A stretch of DNA of 64,000 bases, taken from IMG/VR virus record IMGVR_UViG_3300031548_000003, positions 1 through 64,000 of that record; one strand, written 5' to 3'. This DNA comes from a virus (Duplodnaviria > Caudoviricetes). Of the stretch, positions 1 through 8,968 are shown piece by piece. The stretch's first letter is position 1; each line of letters begins with the position of its first letter. Position numbers and translations under genes: made by a program. Below the pieces are notes generated by a model. That model was not told the origin of the DNA. It did no database searches and was given only the letters and a program-made list of their open reading frames with translations.

Positions 1-727
1 CTGTAGCACATTGAAGTACCCATAGGATTTTGGCTTCATTAAGATCAATTCTTCTTATCCGTCCGTCCTTTCGTTTCACTTCAATAACATCAAAAGTGTG
101 AGAGAGTGTCGTGTTAAGCTGCATTTCAGTTAGAGAAATCTTTCGTCCTGGAAATTGTTTAAGCCCAACAGGAACAAACACTTTTATCCGACTATTCAAA
201 TCAGTTAAGAAAGTAACTAATCTCTTGATGTATTTGGCAACTGTATTAGGCTCGAAATTCTTACTTAGAAAGATATGATATCGTTGAAGTACTTTTTGAT
301 TGAAGTCTTTTGGGTTAATATCCGATATAGATTCTCGGAACAAATCCCTGGTTCTGCAATGAGTCAAGTAGGTACTATGCTCTCTAGTCTCTTTTACAAT
401 CTTAATAAAGTCATCCCATTCAGCTAGGAGAGTTTTTTCTTGTTGAATTTCAACCTCCTTCGGCGCAAGGGAATCGAGATGCGCTTTTAGACTACCTTTT
501 GTTAAAGTTGCTCGATTAAGGGTAATAAACTTATCTACTTCAGCCGCTATTAGATTTAGCCTGGAACGAATTGCTTGATTCTTTTTAGGGAACCCTTTAT
601 ACCAGTCCTTAGAGTCAATAAATTCTTTAGTTGAGTATACAAATCTACCGTCGCTGAATTGTCGGTCGTAATGAACCCCCATAATGATTCTAGGCTCACT
701 ACCTTTTGATTTTATATAGAATGTCAT
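1..727 (-). CDS. int: Tyrosine integrase, N-terminal 242 aa (truncated at window edge; not in ORF track)
   Basis: Hand-translated open frame from ATG at 727 (MTFYIKSKGSEPRII...KILWVLQCATG) running off position 1. It ends just before the expected box I LRxSD. Lies next to the att core and xis. Confidence 0.85.
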   Translation of the reverse strand, partial: MTFYIKSKGSEPRIIMGVHYDRQFSDGRFVYSTKEFIDSKDWYKGFPKKNQAIRSRLNLIAAEVDKFITLNRATLTKGSLKAHLDSLAPKEVEIQQEKTLLAEWDDFIKIVKETREHSTYLTHCRTRDLFRESISDINPKDFNQKVLQRYHIFLSKNFEPNTVAKYIKRLVTFLTDLNSRIKVFVPVGLKQFPGRKISLTEMQLNTTLSHTFDVIEVKRKDGRIRRIDLNEAKILWVLQCAT

Positions 728-767
728 ACCTCACTCTAACGATCACCAAATTATATTTGTTTCGTGT

Positions 768-970
768 AGGTGAGGTGTCAGGTGAGGTATTTTTAAATTC
801 TGGTAAATACTGGTAAACGATGTATCTTACAAATTAGCTCAATTTTAAAGGTTTTTGTACATAATCGTTTACCAATATCTATAAAAGCGGTCCGGACGGG
901 ACTACGATTTATTGCGTTTTAAGCTTAATTTGCAACAAAGTAAATAGTCGGGTGAGGTGTCAGGTGAGGT
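768..970. other. attP: core flanked on both sides by arm-type tandem repeats
   Basis: GGTGAGGTGTCAGGTGAGGT at 769-788 and 951-970; core GCGGTCCGGACGGGACT at 887-903; a further inverted TACCTCAC at 727-734; lies between xis and int. Confidence 0.8.
887..903 (-). other. att core identical to the 3' end of a Bacteroidota tRNA-Asp as recalled (AGTCCCGTCCGGACCGC)
   Basis: Minus strand reads as a T-arm 3' strand, acceptor strand and G discriminator. tRNA-Asp identity is from memory of Bacteroidota tRNA-Asp(GTC), not a search. Confidence 0.7.
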
Positions 971-1217
971 TTTTTGCAATTACCCTCTTTATTTCCTCCT
1001 CCGTAAAGACCGGCTTAGACCCCATCATAACAGGAATAATCTCTCCCCTTATTCTCATTTTCCAGAGAGTAGTGCTGCAAATTCTAAGCGCCTGGCAAGC
1101 CTCTTTGAGATTATAAGTCTTAACCTTCTTGGATTCGCTAACCTTTTGGAGTTCTTCTTTTACAATCTCTCGAAAAGCTTTTAATAAATCCTCTGGTTCT
1201 ATTTGAGTAATTAACAT
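960..1217 (-). CDS. xis: Excisionase-like HTH protein (MerR/HTH_17 type)
   Basis: YNLKEACQALRICSTTLWKMRIRGEI HTH motif; 85 aa; adjacent to attP and int. Confidence 0.75.
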   Translation of the reverse strand: MLITQIEPEDLLKAFREIVKEELQKVSESKKVKTYNLKEACQALRICSTTLWKMRIRGEIIPVMMGSKPVFTEEEIKRVIAKNLT

Positions 1218-1393
1218 TATATTTTAGAGTTTTGTTATTTCTGTTCCATCACCGTTACAGAGAGATACGCCTGTTAATTCAGACCAGCTACTAACCTAAG
1301 AACTTTTCTTAAAGTTCACTTATAATGGTTTGGATGAACCCCTCTTTAGCTTCAATATTATATTTATATTTTTAATTGCTGTAGTTTCATTGC

Positions 1394-1852
1394 CTAGTGG
1401 ATTAACATGAATTGCTTATACACTTCAATGAATTGCTTGCCTGCATACTCGGCCAGCTCGCGAGACTTGAAGCAAAGGCGAGAGCCGACAGCCGAACCCG
1501 AATGCCGGCGATCGTAGCCGCCATACCGGAAACCGGACGAACCGTCTAATTCAAACCACGGATAGTATTTGTATTCATTGTAATTACTCCAATTAGGTGT
1601 CCAGCCTTCGTTGAGAGAAACAGCCAACAGCTTAAGCAATCGATAGGCCTTTTCATCGGCAGATAAATCTGCACATAACTTATCGAATCGTTCGTGGGTG
1701 TATCCGTGGTCTGCGAGGAGGTCGGAAATTGTTTTAATGCGCTCCATTGCTGGCTTCGGTTTCTCCTTAAATCTGATTTCGCCTGACTGTTTGTCAAAGC
1801 TGTCGATCTCAAATCCCCAGGGGATTTGAATCTTTAGAGTTTGTGTGTTCAT
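1394..1852 (-). CDS. Phage protein with DGR-target-like C-terminus
   Basis: 152 aa; NEGWTPNW...YYPWF...GFRYGGYDRRHSGSAVGSRLCF; the C-terminal codons are markedly GC-rich. Confidence 0.75.
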   Translation of the reverse strand: MNTQTLKIQIPWGFEIDSFDKQSGEIRFKEKPKPAMERIKTISDLLADHGYTHERFDKLCADLSADEKAYRLLKLLAVSLNEGWTPNWSNYNEYKYYPWFELDGSSGFRYGGYDRRHSGSAVGSRLCFKSRELAEYAGKQFIEVYKQFMLIH

Positions 1853-1876
1853 TTAAAGTCTACTTTGAAAAAATTG

Positions 1877-1983
1877 TGAACGAGACAGGATTCGAACCTG
1901 TAATGGTCTGTTTATCGAAGTTGTTTCTTAGTCATACACTTACAGTTCCATTTGCATGCGTCTACCAATTCCGCCACTCGTCC
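1877..1983 (-). ncRNA. tRNA-like RNA A (107 nt): Leu-type acceptor, D and T arms; no anticodon arm; ~55-nt insert
   Basis: GGACGAG/CTCGTTC acceptor, GCG-GAATTGGTAGA-CGC D arm, ACAGG-TTCGAAT-CCTGT T arm; ends identical to 49920-50097. Confidence 0.7.
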
Positions 1984-2096
1984 ATTTTTTACTTCTGTTC
2001 CATAGGAGTCAAAATAGCGACCTTCCTAAAAGATGGATAAGAAGTGTGATTAATTGTTGTTTTCATTGTTCTGATGTGATGCTTTAAAAATGTTTT

Positions 2097-2408
2097 TTAT
2101 TGTATACAAAAATCGCATTTCCATTGCCCTGAATCTTCAATCCATTCGCCTTCGAAATGACTATCTCTTACGACACCACACCCGTCACAAACTTCAAAAT
2201 TATCAGGAATGATTCTGAGCCGCTCTTGTAGATACCAAATCACCGTTTTAGCTTGCTTCCAAGTCAACTTAGATTTCTCCCCATTATCCAATTCAATATC
2301 TGAAGGCAAATTGCCTTGTAAAAATTCAAATAACTCCTCCACGTGTTCAATAGCAATTTCTTCTATAGAATTAACTGCCATATTTTGTTCAAAACTTATT
2401 GATGCCAT
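2097..2408 (-). CDS. Hypothetical protein with two C-terminal CxxC motifs
   Basis: CDGC and CDFC; 103 aa; co-oriented with neighbours. Confidence 0.65.
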   Translation of the reverse strand: MASISFEQNMAVNSIEEIAIEHVEELFEFLQGNLPSDIELDNGEKSKLTWKQAKTVIWYLQERLRIIPDNFEVCDGCGVVRDSHFEGEWIEDSGQWKCDFCIQ

Positions 2409-2476
2409 TGCTTTTTAATATTTAAAGTCATTCAAACATAAAGTGTCCATAACCAAATACACTTATTATCCATGTT

Positions 2477-2869
2477 TTAGCTTTTTTCATTTATTTTGTT
2501 TGTTTTAAGATTCTGACCATTATACCATTTGATAAATTCAACTACTGCTTTGTAAGTGTTTTCAAATGTTGTTCTTTCACTATTGCATTCAGCTAGTGGA
2601 GGAATGTCTTCGTACGAAATATTAGTTTCCTTCGCTAATTTTCGTTTTTCAATGAAGTACATTTCAATTGTACAAATACTACGTTCTTTAAGTGGTCTTG
2701 GTCGTATAACGACACTTGCTTTGTCTGAAATTTTATCCACTACTGGCATTAACCCGTTCCAATCAATGATGTACTTATTTGACTTTACCCCCTTTGCTCT
2801 TTGGAACTCAGGGTAGAATTTTTTTATGAGTTTAAAATCTTCAGCAGTTATTTCAATTTCTGTCTTCAT
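2477..2869 (-). CDS. Hypothetical phage protein
   Basis: 130 aa; overlaps upstream gene by 4 bp; DWNGLMPVVDKI and YKAVVEFIKWYN resemble motifs in 63141-63458. Confidence 0.7.
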   Translation of the reverse strand: MKTEIEITAEDFKLIKKFYPEFQRAKGVKSNKYIIDWNGLMPVVDKISDKASVVIRPRPLKERSICTIEMYFIEKRKLAKETNISYEDIPPLAECNSERTTFENTYKAVVEFIKWYNGQNLKTNKINEKS

Positions 2870-3408
2870 AATTTTTCCTTTGTTACTCGTGTTACAATTG
2901 CTTCTTCCTTGCCTTGTGAGTGATTCTTTGAGAGAAGAGATTCAATTACTTTATAAGTTTCTTCCGTCCAAGTTCCTTTAGTAAAATCATTTAAAGCTCT
3001 CTTCAAAGCCTCTCTAAATTGTATACTTTCTTGCTCCGCTTTATCTCTTTCTCTTTTCGCTACGCCTATTTGGTAGGCGTAATTACTTAATTCTATTTTA
3101 AGATACTCATTCTCTCTTTGTAGAGGGGTAATTTTAGATACAAACCATTCCCATAATTTTTTGCGTTTATATTCTGTAATACCACCGTAAGATTCAATGT
3201 TATATTCTCTTTTTAAGTCAGTGAAGTCAGGTTGTTTTGACTCAGGCGGTTCTACTCTAATAAGCTGTAAGTTCAAAGACTTAAAGTGATTAATTAACTT
3301 TAATAAGTTTTCAGGTAATCCATCATACCAACGCGAATCATTAATGACTCTTGCCCAGGTTTCGGTTTCCGAGGGTTCCGGTTTATTTCTTGATTTTGGT
3401 GTAGCCAT
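2866..3408 (-). CDS. Hypothetical coiled-coil protein
   Basis: 180 aa ORF coupled to the next gene. Confidence 0.65.
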   Translation of the reverse strand: MATPKSRNKPEPSETETWARVINDSRWYDGLPENLLKLINHFKSLNLQLIRVEPPESKQPDFTDLKREYNIESYGGITEYKRKKLWEWFVSKITPLQRENEYLKIELSNYAYQIGVAKRERDKAEQESIQFREALKRALNDFTKGTWTEETYKVIESLLSKNHSQGKEEAIVTRVTKEKL

Positions 3409-3525
3409 AATATTTATTTTTTGGTGTCAATATAAAAGAGGAGTTGCATTCGTGCGCTGTTCCCATATCCCAGCTCCAACTAATAGGTGGTTACCTACCG
3501 AGCATTTATTTCCCTCCATTAATGT

Positions 3526-3762
3526 TCAGGATTCTAGTTGCTTTAAAAGTTCGTCAGCTATATTAACAGCATAATTTGCGTAAAGCTGGGCAGTGTATTC
3601 CGACGTCGTATCAGAGGAAACATTTAAATTTGCACACAGTCCTTGCATTGCCATAGCGGCGAAATACTCTCGTTTCGTTAGGCCATCGTAATCACCATGC
3701 TTGTCATCTTTTGAATGAGGTAAATCTGTTAATGGGTAAGCTGGTTTGTTCTTGTTTTCCAC
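3526..3762 (-). CDS. Small conserved phage protein
   Basis: GLTKREYFAAMAMQGL...AVNIADELLKQL, a motif common in small phage proteins. Confidence 0.75.
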   Translation of the reverse strand: MENKNKPAYPLTDLPHSKDDKHGDYDGLTKREYFAAMAMQGLCANLNVSSDTTSEYTAQLYANYAVNIADELLKQLES

Positions 3763-3775
3763 GGTTATTTTAGGT

Positions 3776-4243
3776 TTATATATTTTCTAAATACTTCTCC
3801 TTTGCCTGCTCCTCACTTTCAGCTTTAATTAGCGTACCTTCTATTTCAAAATAGCCGTTATCAGAAAGCCATGTCTTTTCTTCTTTCCAGCCCGAAAGTT
3901 TTTCCCTGGTAAGAGGATGATAGTTTTCTTTTACGTATTGTATATGTAGTTCTCTGCGCTCTATCTCTTGCGGCGTAAGGGGTTTGTATCCTTTTGATAA
4001 AGATTCATGTCCTGATTGCCTTTCCTCATCCTCTTTTTTGATTGCTGCTATTTCACTCGCAGTCACCGAGGGAACTTTTTGAACAGTGCCATCTATCAAA
4101 GACATCATAAACGCCTCAACACTACTACATTTGACAAGAACAAGCTTACCCTCTGCTACTGGATAAGAATCATTCTTATTTTTGCCTTCTTGTAACTCAT
4201 CCCAATTTCTTGGAGTATGTATTTTTATATTCTCTACTTTCAT
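3776..4243 (-). CDS. Hypothetical protein
   Basis: 155 aa ORF in a co-oriented run. Confidence 0.65.
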   Translation of the reverse strand: MKVENIKIHTPRNWDELQEGKNKNDSYPVAEGKLVLVKCSSVEAFMMSLIDGTVQKVPSVTASEIAAIKKEDEERQSGHESLSKGYKPLTPQEIERRELHIQYVKENYHPLTREKLSGWKEEKTWLSDNGYFEIEGTLIKAESEEQAKEKYLENI

Positions 4244-4279
4244 ACTTAGTAAGTAAATCCCTTTTCTATCCCTAAAAGC

Positions 4280-4308
4280 AAAAACCCTGCAATTTAGGTT
4301 ACAGGGTT
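4280..4308 (-). terminator. Intrinsic terminator after the virion operon
   Basis: AACCCTG...CAGGGTT stem followed by a T run on the minus strand, just past the stop of 4331-8968. Confidence 0.55.
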
Positions 4309-4330
4309 AATTAACGAAGGATTACCTAAT

Positions 4331-7300
4331 TTAGTTACGTATTCTTTCTCGGTATCTAGGGGTTCTTTTTTCGTTAGGTTTTCGAAGTTGTTCCTTATAA
4401 ATTTTTCTGATTTGATTGTAAATATCAGCCTCATTTAAGCCTACGGCTGATGACCATTCAATTATCGTCTTTAGGGTCAATAATCTTTGTTGATCTTCGC
4501 TTAATTGAATCTCTTTAGTATTTCCAACGAAATTTTTAACAACTATGGGTTCTCCTGCTAAAGACTTTGCTAAGTCAAATGTGTTAGATACTGCTTCTGT
4601 ATAAGCCTCAAAACCTAGCGACAATAATCCCCAATCAAATTCTCCGTTTTCATACACAAATCCTCCAGTATCTTTCTTCCATTGACTAAAGTTTTTATCG
4701 GGATTCTCTACCAAATAAGCGATGGAGTTTATAACTCTATCAGTTACTAACTCACCGACAGTTCCAATTGACGTGGGCATTAATCCGTTAAAAAACGTAG
4801 TAAAGAATTGTTTTGATTTTTTAGAATCTTCCTTTTCTTCATCTTTTTCTGGAGGCTCAATTCCCAGCAATGTTTCAATGCTTTGCTTGATAATGTCTTT
4901 ATACACCCCAAGTATATACACTTGAATGAATGCAAATGATGTAATTTCAGCCAAATCTCCAGCTACTGTGTAGAAATTTTTCTTAATTGGATTTCTGTAA
5001 AGAGAAGTAACATCTTGAACTAATCTTTGCTTGGCATTCAAAGAATAATTAGCGAAAGGAAGGACTATGTTCTTCAGGATATTAAGTGCTTGATTCCTAT
5101 CATTTCGGGCAATAGAAGAAAGTTCAGCAGGATTAGAGGGTAATTGTGTTTCTGCAATTTGTTGTTCCGCAAAAGCAACCGCCGCTTTACGAATAGGGTC
5201 TTGCTGGAAATTATATTCCTCATTGAGGTTTACCTTACCTATCCCTTGCTCTTTGAGGCTTTGAAGATAATATCCTAACCAAACTTTACGCGCAGCTATT
5301 GTATCAAATTTAGTTAAAGCAGCCAATGACGTACGAGTAGTATTATCAAGTGCGTCGAAAGTACTCTCTACAATCCTCGATATGGATTTAAGTCCTTCTT
5401 TACCCCCAGCAGCTAGTCGGTAAAATTCAGCATTACCTCTATCTATTCCCCCTAGACGTTCACCTCTTACTCCTATCTGAGAATTTTGGAATAATCTTTC
5501 TACATTAGGAGTTATCCTGGTTGACAATCCTTGTAGGAAATTAGTAAAGGAGTTTGTACCTGCATGATTGAATCCAGCTTTAATAAATACAGGAGGAACC
5601 TGCTTTGATATCTGCCCTATAATTGAACCTAATACCCTGGCAGAGGCTACAGATCGTGCTGTTCTGGATATATTATCTACAACCTTAATTGCTTCATTAG
5701 TAGCTACTCTAGTAGTTCCACGCTGTACTTGTTCTCCAGTGAATATTTGATCGCGAAGTATTTTAGCGTTTTTAACTCCACCTACGATCTCTTCAAATTC
5801 AGGAGAATAGAGTACTTGTTGCAACTGCATCTTAATCTTAGCAGTTTCAATATCGTATAATGACTCATGAAGCGCTTTGAATTGAGAACCGATCCAATCA
5901 ATGTTATAGGCCCATCCTCCAGGTAGATTTCTTGTAGCAGCTAGGGAAGTTTTTGACTGTTTAGCTTTTAATCTCCCCTTTCCTTGTTGTTCTCCGTCTA
6001 TTAATTTATCTCGTTGCCCGCTTACATCGTTGAGATTAGTTAATCCAGAATGGGTATAATTTTCTTCCTCTACATATTTAGAGTCGTACTGTTCTTCAGT
6101 TACTTTACGTAGTTGCTCGTTTGTATCAGTCTCAAACGTTGTTTTAAAGAATTCCCAAACTTTAAGAAGGGGCTTAGGTATTACCTCGAACGCCTCTTCT
6201 ACGGAATTAATACCTTGAAAAGTATTGTATGCTTTTTGCCAGGCTTCTGCTGCTTCGAGTTGTTCACTCCTCAGATACTCTCTAGCTGTTCTCTCTATGT
6301 TACGTTTTATTTTATCAAGGTCAACTTCTCCTCCCTTAGGCTTGCGAACAATAGCACTAAAAGCTCCTAATAACGCTTCGTTATTGTAATCACGAATACT
6401 AGAACCTGTTTCCTTACGGAATTCCTTTGCTATTTTTTTGAATTCAGCAATACGCTGATTCTCTTTTAATTCAACACGTGAGCCCGCAGCAAACAATTCC
6501 TGAACACCAAGTTCTCCCCGAATAATAGATGCAAGCTTAGAATCTTCGTAGATTCTTCTAAATAATTGAGGAATGTTAGCATTTACCTTACCAAAGGTCT
6601 TAATCTCAGATAAGGTTTTATCTTTCGTCTTCGCTTTAAGCTTATCGAGAATGCTCTGAGATCTGGCAATTGCTTCTATTTCCCCCTTACCTGTGAAATC
6701 GTCATTAACTGAAATGTTATCTATAACTCTTATTGCAGTTATCAGTTGCTGCTTATCAAGTCGATTAACATCTAAGTCTTTTAAGACTTTAATTGTTTCA
6801 CTGTCATCAAAATCTGATAAATCTTTTTTACCTAAATCCTCCTTTGCAAAAGAGGCAATCGTGCGAAGTCTCCCTAGTTGTTCCTCAGGATCGGAAGTCT
6901 CTTTTTCCAGTTCATCGTTTTGATATTCCTCTATCTTCTTGTTAAGGTCATCAATGTAAGCTTCAACTTGTTCCTGATTGATTGCACTATAGTTATCTTT
7001 TGTAGGGGAAGTTAAAGCATTAACAAGTTGAGTACCCTTTTCAAGATGTTCTTTTATAAAAGTATCTTCTGGGTTTATCTTAGCAAAGGCTTTCGCTAAC
7101 GATTTAATAGAAGAGATATTACTACCAGACTTACTTAGTCTACGTAGCTGTTTATTGATTGATCTTGCTTGAGATATATTTTCAGCATAATCAGCATCAG
7201 AAGTCACTCTGTCAATGAAAGTATTAAGCTTATTGATAGACCCCGGTGTGAATAGGCTAGTCTTCCTCACTCGATTCAATATTGAATTCACCTGACTGTC

Positions 7301-8968
7301 AGATAAGGAGAAATTTTTAATTGCTTCCTGAACTTTAGGAATCAAAGTCTCATTCGTCAGTTTCTGTCCTTTACGTACCCCCTCCTCTATTAATTTATAA
7401 TGAGTTTGAATTTGCTCCTTTAAAGCCTTAGCCGGATTGTTAATAACAATAGGCTCCTGCTTAGTTATTCCAGTAGTATTCTCAATAGTTTTTTGTAGGG
7501 GAGTTTTTCTCGTTTTTGCCTCACCTGCTATCCTTTGCAAAGATTGCCTAGCTTCTCGTAAATCAAACAAAAGTTGATCAGCATTTTGATCTATCGGAAG
7601 TGCTGCAAATTGCTCTTGTAATTTAGTTACTTTATCAACAGCTTCTTTGTATTCAGGAGATTGGGAAGGGGGAAGCTCTTTCTCCACAGTTTCTGCGGTA
7701 TTTGGAGATTTATTCTCCGCATCAGGCTCTATAGCCTCACTTTGTTCATTATCCTTAACAGAAACATCGTCTACATCTAACGCTAATTTTTCCTGCTTCT
7801 CTACCTCCTTCTGCTCTTCTTGAAGAGATTCGGCTACTTTTACTTCCTCAAGGACTTGCTTATCTACAGGATCAAGTGTAGCTGCTTCGTCTATAATTGC
7901 ATTTAATTGTGAGTCGCCGCTATCAGATTCTTTAATAGCAGCATTAGCCTGAATCTCCCCAATCTTACGTTCAAGCTTAACTCTCTTTTCAGCGGGCACT
8001 CTTGTTGCTAGAGTTACCATACCGGGTATTAACAAACCTACTATTCCTCCAACCTCTGCTGATTCGAGTACTTGTAACATAGGGTCCCGATCGGGGTCGA
8101 AAGAGTCTTTTGCAATTTCGTTTGTAAGATAGGTTTGAATCCCCTCTTGAATCCCTTCCTCTAAGGAACCTAGCCCCATGTTTTTTAACGTATTAATCAA
8201 TACGTTCCCTGTAGCCCTATTAAGTCTCCCTAGAATATTTTGAAGAGGGATAATCTCAGTTTGTCCAACCGCATAATTTTTCAACAGAACCGCAAATGCT
8301 TCTTCATCAGAAAGTCCCGCCGCCTTTGCAGCTTCGAATTCAGGTACCCCCGTCATTGAGCCACCTATCACACCTGCTGGTGTTGCTACTCGTTTTCCAA
8401 CTTCCAATGCCGCTCTCCCTGTGGCTGGGAGTACTCCCGTAGATAAGGCTTCAGCAGTTTGAACTCCTGTTGAAGCCCCACCTCCGATTCCTAACGTACC
8501 TATTAACCCTACTGCCTGTCCAACGCCTTCTGATACATCTTGAGTAAGTTGATTAACATTTTCGTACCTGGGATTGAGTTCGTTCGTTTTATCTTCAATG
8601 AACTGGCCAAATTTTCCTGCTAATCCAGAGTTAGGAATAACTTCTTCGCCTGTTATAGCAGATTGCAAATATCCCCCTGCTGCATCAATTAATTTTAAAG
8701 GAGCGGTGAGTATTTTAGAAACCCCTCTGTTAAAACCACCGGCTACTGCACCAACATAATCTTGAAATCCCCCAGTATTAGGGGGATTAATATCTGAATA
8801 AAATGTATCAAAATTATCAGGTACTTCGTACCCGTCAGTTGTTATGGTCTTATAAAGTCGTTGAGCTTTAACCGTATCTGACATATCAGTGGAGAAAGTA
8901 TCGAAATCTGGCAATTCGTAGCCATCCCTCCTAAGATTGTCATAAAGAGATTTTAATTTTTCGTCCAT
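4331..8968 (-). CDS. Large internal virion / DNA-ejection protein (1545 aa)
   Basis: Last gene of the structural operon; helical; Gly/Ala hydrophobic segments; duplicated N-terminal LYxxxxxDGYExPDxFDTF motif; no RNAP catalytic motif seen. Confidence 0.6.
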   Translation of the reverse strand: MDEKLKSLYDNLRRDGYELPDFDTFSTDMSDTVKAQRLYKTITTDGYEVPDNFDTFYSDINPPNTGGFQDYVGAVAGGFNRGVSKILTAPLKLIDAAGGYLQSAITGEEVIPNSGLAGKFGQFIEDKTNELNPRYENVNQLTQDVSEGVGQAVGLIGTLGIGGGASTGVQTAEALSTGVLPATGRAALEVGKRVATPAGVIGGSMTGVPEFEAAKAAGLSDEEAFAVLLKNYAVGQTEIIPLQNILGRLNRATGNVLINTLKNMGLGSLEEGIQEGIQTYLTNEIAKDSFDPDRDPMLQVLESAEVGGIVGLLIPGMVTLATRVPAEKRVKLERKIGEIQANAAIKESDSGDSQLNAIIDEAATLDPVDKQVLEEVKVAESLQEEQKEVEKQEKLALDVDDVSVKDNEQSEAIEPDAENKSPNTAETVEKELPPSQSPEYKEAVDKVTKLQEQFAALPIDQNADQLLFDLREARQSLQRIAGEAKTRKTPLQKTIENTTGITKQEPIVINNPAKALKEQIQTHYKLIEEGVRKGQKLTNETLIPKVQEAIKNFSLSDSQVNSILNRVRKTSLFTPGSINKLNTFIDRVTSDADYAENISQARSINKQLRRLSKSGSNISSIKSLAKAFAKINPEDTFIKEHLEKGTQLVNALTSPTKDNYSAINQEQVEAYIDDLNKKIEEYQNDELEKETSDPEEQLGRLRTIASFAKEDLGKKDLSDFDDSETIKVLKDLDVNRLDKQQLITAIRVIDNISVNDDFTGKGEIEAIARSQSILDKLKAKTKDKTLSEIKTFGKVNANIPQLFRRIYEDSKLASIIRGELGVQELFAAGSRVELKENQRIAEFKKIAKEFRKETGSSIRDYNNEALLGAFSAIVRKPKGGEVDLDKIKRNIERTAREYLRSEQLEAAEAWQKAYNTFQGINSVEEAFEVIPKPLLKVWEFFKTTFETDTNEQLRKVTEEQYDSKYVEEENYTHSGLTNLNDVSGQRDKLIDGEQQGKGRLKAKQSKTSLAATRNLPGGWAYNIDWIGSQFKALHESLYDIETAKIKMQLQQVLYSPEFEEIVGGVKNAKILRDQIFTGEQVQRGTTRVATNEAIKVVDNISRTARSVASARVLGSIIGQISKQVPPVFIKAGFNHAGTNSFTNFLQGLSTRITPNVERLFQNSQIGVRGERLGGIDRGNAEFYRLAAGGKEGLKSISRIVESTFDALDNTTRTSLAALTKFDTIAARKVWLGYYLQSLKEQGIGKVNLNEEYNFQQDPIRKAAVAFAEQQIAETQLPSNPAELSSIARNDRNQALNILKNIVLPFANYSLNAKQRLVQDVTSLYRNPIKKNFYTVAGDLAEITSFAFIQVYILGVYKDIIKQSIETLLGIEPPEKDEEKEDSKKSKQFFTTFFNGLMPTSIGTVGELVTDRVINSIAYLVENPDKNFSQWKKDTGGFVYENGEFDWGLLSLGFEAYTEAVSNTFDLAKSLAGEPIVVKNFVGNTKEIQLSEDQQRLLTLKTIIEWSSAVGLNEADIYNQIRKIYKEQLRKPNEKRTPRYRERIRN

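Noticed and set aside
887-903. A tRNA gene
   Set aside because: Only 17 nt of the 3' end are present; the upstream sequence does not fold as a tRNA.
1877-1983. Ordinary or intron-containing tRNA-Leu
   Set aside because: No 5-bp stem with a 7-nt anticodon loop can be formed, and no excision I tried restores one; kept as tRNA-like ncRNA. The same applies to 49920-50097.
4331-8968. Virion RNA polymerase as in canonical Crassvirales
   Set aside because: No DxDxD/DFDID catalytic motif (DFDTF near the N-terminus belongs to a duplicated repeat); the sequence looks helical and ejection-protein-like.
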